64,000 nt of DNA, taken from Octopus bimaculoides (taxonomy: Eukaryota). The DNA lies in the NCBI RefSeq assembly GCF_001194135.2, contig NC_068996.1, positions 38,932,954 to 38,996,953 of the forward strand, written 5' to 3'. A model generated the notes under the pieces. The model made no database searches. It was not told the DNA's origin and saw only the letters and a list, made by a program, of their open reading frames with translations. This document shows, one piece after another, positions 39,230-51,850 of this stretch; position 1 is the first letter of the stretch, and every line of letters begins with the position of its first letter. The translations under genes were made by a program, and so were the position numbers.

Positions 39230-39862
39230 TTAAAAGTCTGTTAGCCAAAGCTTTGTCAATTCTTGATTATTAAGAGATAATGCATACTGATAAATATTAC
39301 TGAAGATTTTGTCTTCTGATTCGTTAGCGTCAATAATTTTCCAAGTTTCATCCTTTAGCTTCATAAACTGTTCCAAAACTTTCTTTTGAAATTCAACTTG
39401 CTCATAGCGTTCATCACCTGCACCACTTCGACAATTTGCAATTTCAGGATGGAGATTCAAAAAGAACACACAGTCTGGTTTTAACAAACCACTGTCAGGT
39501 GCTTTGCACCATTTAACAGAAAGAGAACCTTTGGCAGCAGTGTAGGCAACCCCAGAAAAAGCATAACGGTCCAATATAACAGATGTGCCACAATGGAGAG
39601 CTCTTTCCAGTTCTGCCATACATTCCCATCGGTTAGCAGAAAATAACAGGTGAATGAATTGATCAGGATAATTTACTTCTTTCTTTAAATATTTATCAAT
39701 CATAGATCCGGTAAGCGTTTCACGGTTGGGAAATTTCTGTAAGATAACTTTCTTCCCAATTTTCTCAAAAGCATTTTTTAGTTTTTGACTTTGAGTACTT
39801 TTTCCACATTTATCGATACCTTCAAAGACAATAAACTGACCACGGTGGATCGCACGAGACAT
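39230..39862 (-). CDS. DTYMK: Thymidylate kinase (dTMP kinase), uninterrupted 210-aa CDS from MSRAIHRG
   Basis: P-loop GIDKCGKST plus FPNR, LLFSANRWE, DRYAFSGVAY, LLKPD and ERYE motifs are all intact, with no stops or frameshifts. A strong tttttttag acceptor starts the exon at 39908, so the ORF-track start at 39937 is probably intronic. Confidence 0.96.
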   Translation of the reverse strand: MSRAIHRGQFIVFEGIDKCGKSTQSQKLKNAFEKIGKKVILQKFPNRETLTGSMIDKYLKKEVNYPDQFIHLLFSANRWECMAELERALHCGTSVILDRYAFSGVAYTAAKGSLSVKWCKAPDSGLLKPDCVFFLNLHPEIANCRSGAGDERYEQVEFQKKVLEQFMKLKDETWKIIDANESEDKIFSNIYQYALSLNNQELTKLWLTDF

Positions 39863-40608
39863 GTTGGTGGAATTATATTTTCGGTGAACAACAGCGGAGG
39901 AGTAATTTCTAAAAAAAGAAACACATGACTGTGTCAAGTTTACAATATTTTCAGCATTTAACCCACTTATAAAATCAATGACAAATTATAATATGTGTAC
40001 ATACTTATATGTTTTAAGAGCTTGTGATTCATACTAAAAGCTTTTAATCACTGTTTTTTTTTCCATTATCAGTTTTGGGCAAAAAGGGTATCCAACTGAT
40101 TTAACAAAATTACATTGCAGATATAGGGATAGATAAATGAAAAACAACAATGGACATTCATTGTCTAAAAAAAAGAAAAAAATTATTAATGCACCTACTA
40201 TCTAATCTTTTATCTTTTACTCATGTCAGTCACTGGACTGTAGCCAAGCTGGAGCATTGCCATGAAGGATTTTATTCAAACAAATCACCCCACACCCACC
40301 CCAGTACTTATGTTTTTAAAACCCAGTATTTATTCTATTAGTCTTTTCTCCAAATCACTAAGTTATGAAGACATAAACAAACCGACACACTATCAAGCAG
40401 TGGTGGGGACAGACACAGACATAAAAGAAACACACACACACACATAGATGTACATTCATAAATATATACAACAGGCTTCTTTCACATTCAACCTACCAAT
40501 CTACTCACAAGACTTTGATTGGTCCAGGGCTATAGTAGAAGATATTTGCCCCAGGTACCATGGAGTGGAATTGAACCTGAAAGCATGTGGTTGGGAAGCA
40601 AGCTTCTT

Positions 40609-42603
40609 TATTTCATTACATTTACCACAAAGGCATAATACAGATGGAAGCTTTGCGGGCTGGACACAGACACAACGATGATGATGGAATGAAAAAAGAG
40701 ATGGTTGGTGGGGGAAGCAGCCAACGCCCACTGATTGTTACTTCCCGATAACATTGTTCTTTTTTAAAAACACAAATGAGGTGTTGAACCTCTTACAACA
40801 ATTACAAATTGAGGCACTGAGCCTCTTACCAATCATAGAAAAAGTCCAGCAAAGTATATTCAACTTGAGGCGCTAAGCCTCTTACCAATCTCCAGGTTTG
40901 AATCGAGGCACTAAGGCCTCTTACTCTACCTCCCCGATTAAGTCTCTTGCCGCCTGCAGGCAAGCCTGCAATTGCAAGCCGGGGTCCCATAAGAGATAAT
41001 TATATTCGTCCTTGGTAAAGGAATCCGTCACTCAGTAGAAATAATTTTCCTCCATGACCTCCGCAGTCACCTGTGGAGGTCAATCTGGCCTTTCAATGCA
41101 GGTCAGGACCACCTGTTCCTGACCTTCCAGATTCCTCACAAATTTCTCTACGGCACCTCCCTTGAGAAAGATCACAAATTCCTCATTTATATTGGGAGAG
41201 GCCACAGTTTCCTCTGTTGGTAGCACAATTCTCACCAACGAGGTTTCGGGGCATGCTGGCAGTCTACTGCTAACTGTAGGCATTGTCCCATTCTTTTTCT
41301 TCTTTTTTCTTGTCTTTGATATGGGAAGGGGTGGTTCCTCTGCTTTAACCAGAGAATCATCCCTCCTTCCCGCAGCTTTAGGGTCCTTCGGTGAGCAACC
41401 ATTGTTGCCCACCTTCTTCCTTTTTTTCCCCCTTTTTTTCGGGGAGGTCTCTACCTCCTCAACGACCTCCATCTCTCCCTCCAGAGGAGGAGCAGGGGCT
41501 TTTCCACAACCAACTGTTCCAGGACCCTACTTTGGTCCTGGGGATAGTTCTTTTTAATGTGGGCCGGTTCCAGGCACAGGTGACACTTGGGGGGGGGATG
41601 CGTCCNNNNNNNNNNACTGGCCATTTTCAAAAAATCTGGAAAAACCAGATTCTTGGCTGATTGGGTCCACAGGCTCAAAACAGCTTTTGACCCAACCCAA
41701 TCAGCCACCAGCAAAATTTTAACATTAAGCAGCTTAGATCCGCTGCCATCCAAACCCTGGCAGATAGTGTCCTCTATCCACTCAGGTTCTATCCCGAGTA
41801 GCAACCCACAAACCCAAGCTCTTGTCAACTTCTTCCCACAATATGTGGGAAGAAACAAAATCTCTTTGCCCTCTAAGGGCTGGCTTGCAAATTTGTGAGC
41901 CTTCTCAGGGGTGTCAAATAGCAACCACACCATTCCATATTTGACATACACACACACCTCCCTGGAGATGAATTTAATAGTTGGCAAATACTCTGACAAC
42001 TCATTTTCAATTTGAGTCATTTGAAAGAGGGCAATGGTGTCGAGAGACTTTGAGTAAGTCCTCTCTTCAAAGTCTTTCATCCACTGTTTGAGTGGGACAA
42101 TCTCCCACTCTAATGTAGTATTGTTTATCTTTTTTGCCATGTTTTTTTTTTTGAAAAAAGTTCAGAGTTAAAAAAAAAAAAAATGCAGGAAGGAAGGAAG
42201 GAAGAAGACAAGAAACAGTTCAAAAACAAACAAACTATTCTGGCTGTCCTGGTACTCCTGGCCAACACGATAATCCACTTAGTAAGGGCACAAAAGTCAC
42301 ACAACAATTTCACCAAAAATTGGTAAAAAAAATAAGCACAATTACAGGAGGAGGGATATGCCCCAAAAACACACTTCTCACCGCTAAGTGAAACTTTAAA
42401 TACAACTACAGGCAGACAATTTGCCAGGAACTCGGTGGAGATTTCTTGTTTGACAAAATAAATAAACACGAGCAACAAACCTCACTGAATCCCAAAAACA
42501 CAAATGTCTTACTTTGTAGTTGTGCTTCACTTGTTCAATAATTCACGATGTTGGTGTCGTGACTCCTAGCAGTGCAAAGAAAACACTGACCAACGTATGC
42601 GCA
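40609..42603 (-). mobile_element. ORF1-only L1/Tx1-like non-LTR element (gag-like ORF with zinc-knuckle remnant)
   Basis: ORF from 42140 with CHLCLEPAHIKKNY (CCHC with last C changed to Y) and a Lys/Glu-rich tail in a shifted frame to about 41080. TSD ggaagcaagctt(c/a)tt at 40594-40608 and 42604-42618. No EN or RT between ORF1 and the 3' end. Confidence 0.8.
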
Positions 42604-43358
42604 GGAAGCAAGCTTATTACCACACAGCCATGCCTGCTGGATTATATATAATTATTTCTATATATACCTCTATACATGTTATATAAATAACGCTGGGTAA
42701 GCTTTGAACAAGTGCATTCCAGCCATGGCCACAATTTTGGGGTTCAGAATATTCAGCTTCTACTTCCTTTTTAAGACAGCAGAATGTGATGACTGAGGAA
42801 AATTTGGCTGCTATCACTAGAAAGTCAAATAACTTCATAGAGATACATTCATTAGTGCTGCCTCCTAAGTTGCTACTATTTGGCTCCAAGTGAGACCTGA
42901 TTGTGCAAACCTATGATCAAATGCATTCTATGCAGAGGCAACTATGTGTGCCCTGTAATTTTTTTTAAGATGGTGAACTGTGATTTAAGGATATTTATCT
43001 TTTAATCTTTTTTATTTGCTTCAGTCAGTGTTAGGATGGGCATCCAATGGTAAAATCCAGAAGCATGGCGCAGGCTCCCACCTGGCCAGCTCCTGTCAAA
43101 CCATCAAACCCATTGCCAGCATGGAAGAAGGCTGTTAAACAATGATGATGATATATATTCACACACAAGATGGGCTTCTTTAAGTTTTGGTACAGCTGAA
43201 GCTATAGTAGAAGACACTTGCCCAAGGTGCTATGCAGTGGGATTGAACCCAGAACCATGTGGCTGGGAAGCAAGCTTCTTACCTACACAGCCATGCCTGC
43301 ACCTGTTTGATTGCCCTCTCCCTTTCTGTATCAGTTCAACAATTATATAGAGATATAT

Positions 43359-44255
43359 CATCATCATCGTTTAACGTGTTTTCAATGCTGGCATGGGTTG
43401 GATGGTTTGCCTGAGGTCTGGAGAGCCAGTGGCTGCACCAGGCTCCAATTTGATTTGGCAATGTCTCTACAGCTGGATGCCCTTCCTAATGCCAACCACT
43501 CCGAGAGTGTAGTGGGAATGGTTTACATGCCACTAAAACAGGAGCTAGTCAGGCAGTCCTGGCATCGATCACATTCAGACAATGCTTTTTATGTGCCACC
43601 AGCACAGGAGCCAGCCAGTCGGCCATGTTCGAATGGTGCTTTTTGCGTGCCACTGGCATGAGGGCCTGTCAGGCAGTCCTGGCATCAATCACATTTGGAT
43701 AGTGATTTTTATGTGCCACCAGTATGGGAGCCAGTCAGTGGGTACTGGCATCGGCCACATACAGATGGTGCTTTTTATGTGCCACTGGAATGGGAGCCAG
43801 TCAGGGGACACTGGCCACAGCTACAATTTTGGTTTTACTTGACTCAAGCATATCATATTGCTTTCTTAAATGGGCTGGACATGCAACACTGGCATCAGCC
43901 ATGACTGATCTCACTTTAGTTGCCAGGTCTTCTCAATCACAGCATATGCCAATGGTCTCAATCTCCTGTCATTGCCTCTGTGAAGCCCAATGTTCGAAGG
44001 TCCATGCTTCACCACCTCATCCCATGTCTTCCTGGGTCTACCTCTTCCACAGGTTCCTTCCACAGTTAGAGAATGGCACTTCCTCATCCATATGTAACAC
44101 ATGACCATACCAGCATAGTCATCTCTCTTGCACATTTGATGCTTCTTATGCCCAACTTTTCTCTCAGGCGCTTACACTTTGTCGTGTATGCTCACTGATA
44201 TTACACATTCAGTGGATCATACTAGCTTCATTTCTTTCAAGCCTACACATGTCCT
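43359..44255 (-). mobile_element. 5'-truncated RTE LINE: ORF2 end, tandem-unit 3'UTR and tail
   Basis: KCHSLTVEGTCGRGRPRKTWDEVVKH, repeated gcttttt(a/g)tgtgcca units at 43530-43810, and tail at 43359-43510. Confidence 0.88.
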
Positions 44256-44280
44256 CAGCAATCAAAGCCCATATATATAG

Positions 44281-44320
<40 letters not shown>

Positions 44321-46060
44321 CGTGAGTTGATGGTTGGTGATTATACAAAAACACTTGATTGATGTTTCTTTCTTTAGCCATTCCAAATTTATTGCCTCTT
44401 TGTTGCATTATGTCTGATGATATAAACACAATAACTTATAATAATTCTCTCCACACTGTATCTTCTAAGATGATAACATACTAAGGTGGTAGGGTATTTG
44501 CTAAAAGAGATTTGATGCATATGACACAACTACTTATATTGGTTTCAAATTTTGGCACAAGACTAGCAATTTGGGTGAGGTGTAAGTCGATTACATCGAT
44601 CCCAGTGCACAACTGGTACTTATTTAACGAACCCCAAAAGGATGAAGGGCAAAGTCGACCTCAGTGGAATTTGAACTCAGAAAGTGACAGCAGATGGGAT
44701 ACTGCCAAGCATTTCACCCAGCATGCTAACGATTCTGCCAGTTCCCCACCTTAATAATAATAGTTTCAAATTTTGGCAGCAATTTCGGGGGAGGGGGTAA
44801 GTCGATTACATCAACCCCAGTAGTCAGCAGGTACTTATTTTATCAACCTCAAAAGGATGAAAGGTAAAGTCAACCCTTGGAAGAATTTGACTACAGAACA
44901 TAAAGACAGACAAAATGCAGCTAAGCATTTTGCCTGATGCAACATTGATTCTGCCAGCTCACTTCTTCATATATTGCCTGCAAGGATGACTAAAAGCAAC
45001 CTCTTGAGTTATTTCCTCAAACCATCATCAATTATTTTCCTCCCCAAAATTGAATAAAGTGTATTTTGATACTCAATTATGTTTCCAGCTATCACAGTTC
45101 TTTACATTAGAGAGATATGCACTGCTATATCTAACTAGATGCCCTATAAATGAAAATGTCTCTATTACTCTACACCATTTTCATCCATTAACAAATCTCA
45201 GCACCACTTGATAGGCATGCATATAATAAATGCTTTATGAACAGAAATATAAATAAACTTCAATAGTGCTATGACAACCACGTTTCACTCTTTGCAGTGC
45301 TTGGAAAGACAGCAAGCTAAGTAAAAGTTTGGTTGCACTTGCATACAGGCTCATTCCCAGCAACCCTCCCCAGCTAAGCATCCCTCGTGGGCTCATAGAT
45401 GCTGGTGCCAAGTAAAAAGCACCTGTACCGGTGTTGTATAAAAGCACCCAGTATACTCTGTAAAGTGGTTGGCATTAAGAAGGGCATCCAGTCATAGAAA
45501 CCATGCTAAAGAACACCTGGAGCCTGAACAGCTTTTTAGCTGGTCAGCTCTTGTGAAACCATCCAACCCATGTCAGCAGGGAAAATGGGTGTCAAATGAT
45601 GATGATGATGATGATCTGGAATTTCAGACACTATGTCTGTAAAGAAAAAATAAAATAAATACATAAAAGAATACCAGGTGTAGGCATGGTTGTGTGGTAA
45701 GAAGTTTGCTTTCCAACCGCATGATTCTGGGTTCTGTTCTATTGTATGACACCTTGGGCAAGTGTCATCTACTGTAGCTTCAGGTCACCAAATAAATGAG
45801 GTGGATTTGGTAGGCAGAAACTTGAAAAAAAAGCCAATGGTGTGTGTGCATGTGTCTATGTGTGAGTGTGTATCTTTGTTCTACACCACTGCTTGACAAC
45901 TAGTGTTGGTTTGTTTACATCCCTGTAACAGTGGTTCAGCAAAACGAGACTGATACAATAAATACTAGACTTTAAAAGAAACAACACTTCGAAGCAATAC
46001 CCCAGCATGGCCACAGTTCAATGACTGGACCAAGTAAAAGATGGAATAGAAAAGACTTAC

Positions 46061-46112
46061 AACTTGTTGGTATCCTCAAATCGACAACAAAACTTCATTG
46101 TGGTCCTGTAAC
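46061..46112 (-). other. Candidate 52-nt upstream exon containing ATG (MKFCCRFEDTNK..)
   Basis: gttttgcag acceptor and perfect GTAAGT donor in non-repeat sequence. The phase-2 end matches the phase of the DTYMK acceptor. Confidence 0.5.
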
Positions 46113-47132
46113 CTGCAAAACATAGTAGCCAAATATCCCTTGTGTCCCACCCAACAATCACAAAAATAAATGGAGAAACTGAATATGTCCTGAAGAATGT
46201 TTTCAATCATCATCATCATCATCATTTAATGTCCATTTTCCATGCTGGAACAGGTTGGATGGTTTACAGAACTATCTAAATGTGATTGGTCTAAGCCTAG
46301 ACAACATCTCAAGGATACCTATCCCAAAGCTGCAATCTGTACTCCACCAAAATATTGGGTGTATGTTACCCAACCTAAAACACACTACTCACAAACACTT
46401 CAGCTCCTAATCATACGAGTCATGTCTCACATGATGAGGTATGGCATTTCCCCACACATACTACTTTGGAGATGTCAAGCTTCAGCATGTATTTTGTTTC
46501 ATTATTTTTTTTGTATATCTTCTTGTGGCCAACCACTTCTAAAGTTTTAAATATGTATTAGCATTACATCTACACACACACACAAAGGGTACAAACTATC
46601 ACACCTCTCCTCCTCTCCCTCCACCTAACTGGTCAATCTGGTTAAAGTTTCGATCTGCAACCTGGTACAGTTCCCCAGCACCTATCAAACCATCCAACCC
46701 ATGCCAGCATAGAAAATGGATTTTAAATGATGATCTGTATCACACACACACACACACAATCTGGCACAGAACCGTTACCCCTAAACCCTCTCAAATAATA
46801 ACTCATCCTCTATATAACTGAGAAAGCTTTTCCTTCTCGTTCCTTTCCAAGTTACTTGGCAATCTCACTAGTGCTGGTGGCATAAAGAAGAAAAAAAAAG
46901 CACAAACTACACTCTGTAAAGTGATTGGCATAAGGAAGAGCAATCAGTTATAGAAACTATGCCAAAGATGACAGAGCTTGTCATGGCCTTACAGCCAAAT
47001 CTTGTCAAACCATATGCCAGCATGGAAAACAGATGTTAAACGATGATGATGCTGATGACACAGTTATATATTCATACATATGTATAAAAAAGAACATAAC
47101 TCTAGCCCTCTCTCTCGTGTGTGTGTGTGTGT

Positions 47133-47510
47133 GTGTGCAATGGCCCAGTGGTTAGGGGGGAGTGGGCTTGCAGTCATAGGATGGCAGTTTCGATACCCAG
47201 ACCAGGTGTTATGAGTGTTTATTAAGCGAAAATACCTAAAGCTCCGCATGGTTCCGGCAGGGGAGGTGGCGAACTCTGCTGTACTCTTCCGCCACAACTT
47301 TCTCTCACTCTTTCTTCTTGTTTCTGTTGTACCTGTATTTCAAAAGGCCAACCTTGTCACACTGTTTCACACTGAATCTCCCTGAGAACTACATTAAGGG
47401 TACACATGTCTGTGGAGTGCTCAACCACTTGAACGTTCATTTCATGAGCAGGCTGTTCCACTGATTGGATCAACTGAAACCCTCTTTGTTGTAACCGACA
47501 GAGTGCCACA

Positions 47511-47511
<1 letters not shown>
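47133..47511 (+). mobile_element. Third tRNA-derived SINE family
   Basis: Head tggcccagtggttag..gtttcgatacc, single copy in the window, flanked by microsatellites. Confidence 0.65.
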
Positions 47512-47545
<34 letters not shown>

Positions 47546-47675
47546 GGTGTGTCTGTGTACATATAACTTACATATATACTTTATATGTAGAAGACCTACC
47601 CACATTGGTGAAACTATATTCTTGAAGTATTCTCAAGAAGACCTGCTCAAATCAGTGAAAATAAATTTTGAAGCA

Positions 47676-47734
<59 letters not shown>

Positions 47735-48831
47735 TACGCACAACTGAATCCATTAGCAAAATTCTTCCTCAAGACACCCCTACCACCCATCATCTTTCTA
47801 ACTGAAGTTTTTCCTTGTGCCAAACCATTTCATGTGATGTCCACTCCACCCACATTTTACATTGATCACTCCACTTAGCAGCCAAAATTAGCACTCCTAC
47901 ATTGCTGTCACCTTATATCTCTCAATCTCCTCATGCACAATGCTCCACATTGTAACAACCTACCCAACCACACTGTCATCTCTCTCTCACTCTCTCTCTT
48001 ACGCATCCTTTCCTTATGTAATATATAAATATTATGATTCTGCTGTTCTTCATCCTCATGCACCATCAGTCTCCTCACCATCCTTTATCAACCATTTACT
48101 ATGGTCATCACACCCCCAACACCTTCATCCATTATATCCACATACCTTTCACCCATTAACCATCTCTCATTCTCCAAAACTCTCTTGTAAAATCTATCCA
48201 CTCACAATCCTGGCTATTCTAAACCTCTTTTCTGTACCCCTCATAAACTTGAGGGTCCACCCAGACACCACATCACTAAAATAAGATCTGTTAATCTGAC
48301 ATGATGAATCCTGTCAAACTGCCCTGCCAATGCCAGTATGGAAAGCAGATACATCTAAAAGTATAAACAGGCAAACAAATGGCATCAGGTTAGATTATAA
48401 CATTTATAAACTTAAACATGAGGGTACAGTTATTATAAAAGCATAGATCACTCTCCGATGATGGACTAGATCTCTGTATGGATAACTACAGTCTGTTTGC
48501 AGGGAAATGCAAACATTTGCACGTCTGTTCCTGAAACAGCTGTAACAGGATATCTGCACAGCTTACTTCCTGTTTCCTTATGACCTATATTCTTCAAACT
48601 ACTCAACCATCATGTTTAAATATAATATCATAATCAAACCTGATAACAGTTGTTTTGCTTATTTATACTTTTATTCTGTTGCACACATATCAGCTTAATT
48701 GATAAACTGCCCATAGCCAATTGTCATTAATATTAACAATCCTTGCTTTTAGTGGCAGTTTAAGTTGGAGTTTTAAGCAGCACATCAACCTGAACACTAA
48801 TTGTATGTACTGATTACCTTATGTCAGACAT

Positions 48832-48903
<72 letters not shown>

Positions 48904-48904
48904 T

Positions 48905-49378
48905 ATATAAATGAGTAACAAAGATGTACAGGTGTCAATTCATTATGGCCATTTCAAGTGAGTCCCTTAATTGATTAATGAAAACATTGCATCATTGCAA
49001 AGAAACTGTTTTCATCAGAAGACTGCATAGATTTCAAACACAAAAGACCAACCAACTGCTTTAACATATTTGCATCACCAACTGGAGCTCAAATATTTAC
49101 ATTGATTCTTCTGCTATTTTTTGTCAAAAAAATAGCAAGAGAATGTAAATATTTCTTTGGCAAAGAAATAGCAGAAGAATCAATGTAAATATTTGAGCTC
49201 CAGTTGGTGATACAAATATATTAAAGCAGTTGGTTGGTCCTTTGTGTTTGAAATCTATGCAGTCATCTGACAAAAACGGTTTCTTTGCAATGATGTAATG
49301 TTTCCATTAATCAATTAAAGGAATTGCTTGAAACGGCCGTAATGAATTGACATCTGCACATCTGTTACTCATTTATAT
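48905..49378. mobile_element. 474-bp fold-back (palindromic) MITE
   Basis: Arms at about 48905-49113 and 49162-49378 are reverse complements with scattered mismatches. The left end adjoins a (TA)n tract. Confidence 0.85.
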
Positions 49379-49970
49379 TTTATTCATCTACCCAGGAATC
49401 TGCACTTCGGAAATATTAGAGACAGTATTTTGATATAAAATACATGTCTGAACAACCAAGAGTGACTCTCTTCACTAAGTTGCATCATGTTATCTGCATA
49501 TACTGCAAGAATATCAAATGCAAAAACTTCTGCACAGTTTGACATTCATCCGATATTGTTTAGGTGTACAAATTAGATCAACCTAACAAGGTGTCTCAAT
49601 TTAAGTACCTAATTCAACTGAATCTTATAGGTGAGCAGAGTTACCAGTTGGAATAACCATCTAAGGGATAAGAATACCTGTTCCTACTACCGGTATCATT
49701 TTCCTAATATCCCTGGGAGAAAAGTGTGTGTTACCAATTTTGACTCTCCACAAACTCCCAAATTTTATTCAATTTGCTTTGCGGAAGCAACTATTTTATC
49801 GAAAGCATATATTGTTGTTAAATGCTCAAAATACAGGGTCGTTCATTACATTGTTTGTTTTGTTTTCAATTTGTGTCTTTCGTTGTTCAAAAGAATAGTT
49901 CATGTTCCATGTACACGTGCTTCGTATTTTTTTATTGTACACGTTTCGTGACATCCTGTGCCCACATATG

Positions 49971-50040
<70 letters not shown>

Positions 50041-50461
50041 TTATCTAATTATTTTAGCAATTTGACTTTTGTGTTGCTGGGGTACCGCCTTGAAATTTTA
50101 GTCAAATGTACTGACCCCAGTACTCATTTTTATATTTTTTAAAGTCTGGAACTTACTCTATCGGACTCTTTTGCTGAACCACCAAGTCACTGGGGTGTAA
50201 ACACCAGTACCAGTTGTCAGGCAGTGGTGGAGGACAACTACAGACACAAACACACACATATATATTCGATAGGCTTCTTTCAGTTTCCATCTACCAAATC
50301 CACTCACAAGGCTTTGGTCAGTCCAAGGCTATAGTAGAAGACACTTGCCCAAGGTGCCATGCAGTGGGAGTGACCTGGAATCATGTGGTTGGGAAGCAAG
50401 CTTCTAAACACACACACAAAAATGTGTGTGTGTGTGTGTCTCTCTCTCTCTCTCTTTCTCA

Positions 50462-51850
50462 CTACCAGAACTAGAAGTTTCAGGTGTGGAAGCAAGGTCT
50501 AGAATCGAAGGGCCTTAGACTTAACCTAGCAAAAACCAAAGTCTTATTAACTAGGAAGACAGACAAATCACAAATCTCTTCAGGTAGATGGCCCTGCTAA
50601 ACCTGCAGAAAGGTGCATAGGTAGAAACTCTATAAGATGTACCCAGTGTAAGCTATGGATACATAAGAGGTGCAGCAATATCAAAGGAAGGTTAATTGGA
50701 AAGATAGTTGTGTGGAAGATCCACAGGTGCATCACATGCCAGGGGGAAAAACTAGAAGTAGTTGATAGCTTCCATTACATAGGTGACCAAGTCAGTAGTG
50801 GGCGGGTGGATGCTCTGAGAGTAGCTGCTAGAATGAGAATAGGCTGGGCAAAATTCAGAAAACTGCTACCTCTGCTGGTAACAAAGGGCCTCTCACTCAG
50901 AGTGAAAGGTAGACTGTATGATGTCTGTGAGCAAACAGTCATACTACATGGCTGTGGCTCCTGAGGACATGTGTAGGCTTGAATGAAATGAAGCTAGTAT
51001 GCTCCGCTGGATGTGTAATGTCAGTGTGTATACATGACAGAGTGTAAGCGCCCTGAGAAAAATTGGACATAAGAAGCATCAGATGTGGTGTGCAAGAGAA
51101 ACATCTGTGCTGGTATGATCATCTGATGCATATGGATGAGGACAGCAGTGTGAAGAAGTGTCACACCCTAACAGTGAAGGGAACCTATGGAAGACGTAGA
51201 CCCAGGAAGACATGGGATGAAGTGGTAAAGCACAACCTTTAAACACTGGGCCCCACAGAGGCAATGACAAGCAACCAAGACCTTTGGATATATGCCGTGT
51301 TTGAGAAGATCCAACAAGCGAGAATATAGTCATATCCAATGCTAGTGTCACATAACTTGCCCGTTTGAAAGCACCCTTCAATTGTTGGGCGATATGGCAT
51401 GCTTGCTAAGACCTGTTGAACCAAGTGAAATCATAATCATGACTGATGCCAGTGCCACCGATTGGCACCCATGCCAGTGGCATGTAAAAAATACAATTCA
51501 AGTGTGGCCAATGCCAGTGCCACCTGACTGGCACCTATACTGGTGGCACGTAAAAAACACTGTTCAAGCATGTCTGATGCCAGTACCCACTGACTGGAAC
51601 CCATGCTAGTGGCAAATAAAAATCACCATTCGAGAGTGACCAATGCCAGTGCTACCTGACTGGTTCCCATGCTTGTGGCACGTAAAAAGCACCCACTACA
51701 CTCTTGGAGTGGTTAGCATTAGGAAGGGCATCCAGCTGTAGAAACTCTGCCAGATCAAATTGGAGCCTTGTGTAGCCTCCTGGCTTGCAGTCCTCAGTCA
51801 AACCGTCCAACCCATGCCAGCATGGAAAGTAGACATTAAATGACAATGAT
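50462..51850 (+). mobile_element. 5'-truncated RTE LINE (post-RT ORF2 with Cys-rich insert, 3'UTR tandem units, tail)
   Basis: WKQGLESKGLRLNLAKTKV, CTQCKLWIHKRC, LEVVDSFHYIGD, IGWAKFRKLLPLL and GRRRPRKTWDEVV motifs, with stops and frameshifts. Confidence 0.92.

Noticed and set aside
39863-39937. ORF-track N-terminus of DTYMK (MTQSCVSFFR..)
   Set aside because: It starts at a non-ATG codon and crosses a clear pyrimidine tract and AG acceptor at 39909-39910, so the part above 39908 is likely intronic.
51440-51700. CRISPR-like repeated units (also 9481-9680, 43530-43810 and 52120-52420)
   Set aside because: These are degenerate tandem units without unique spacers or cas genes, in a eukaryotic context. 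They are explained as LINE 3'UTR or MITE minisatellites.
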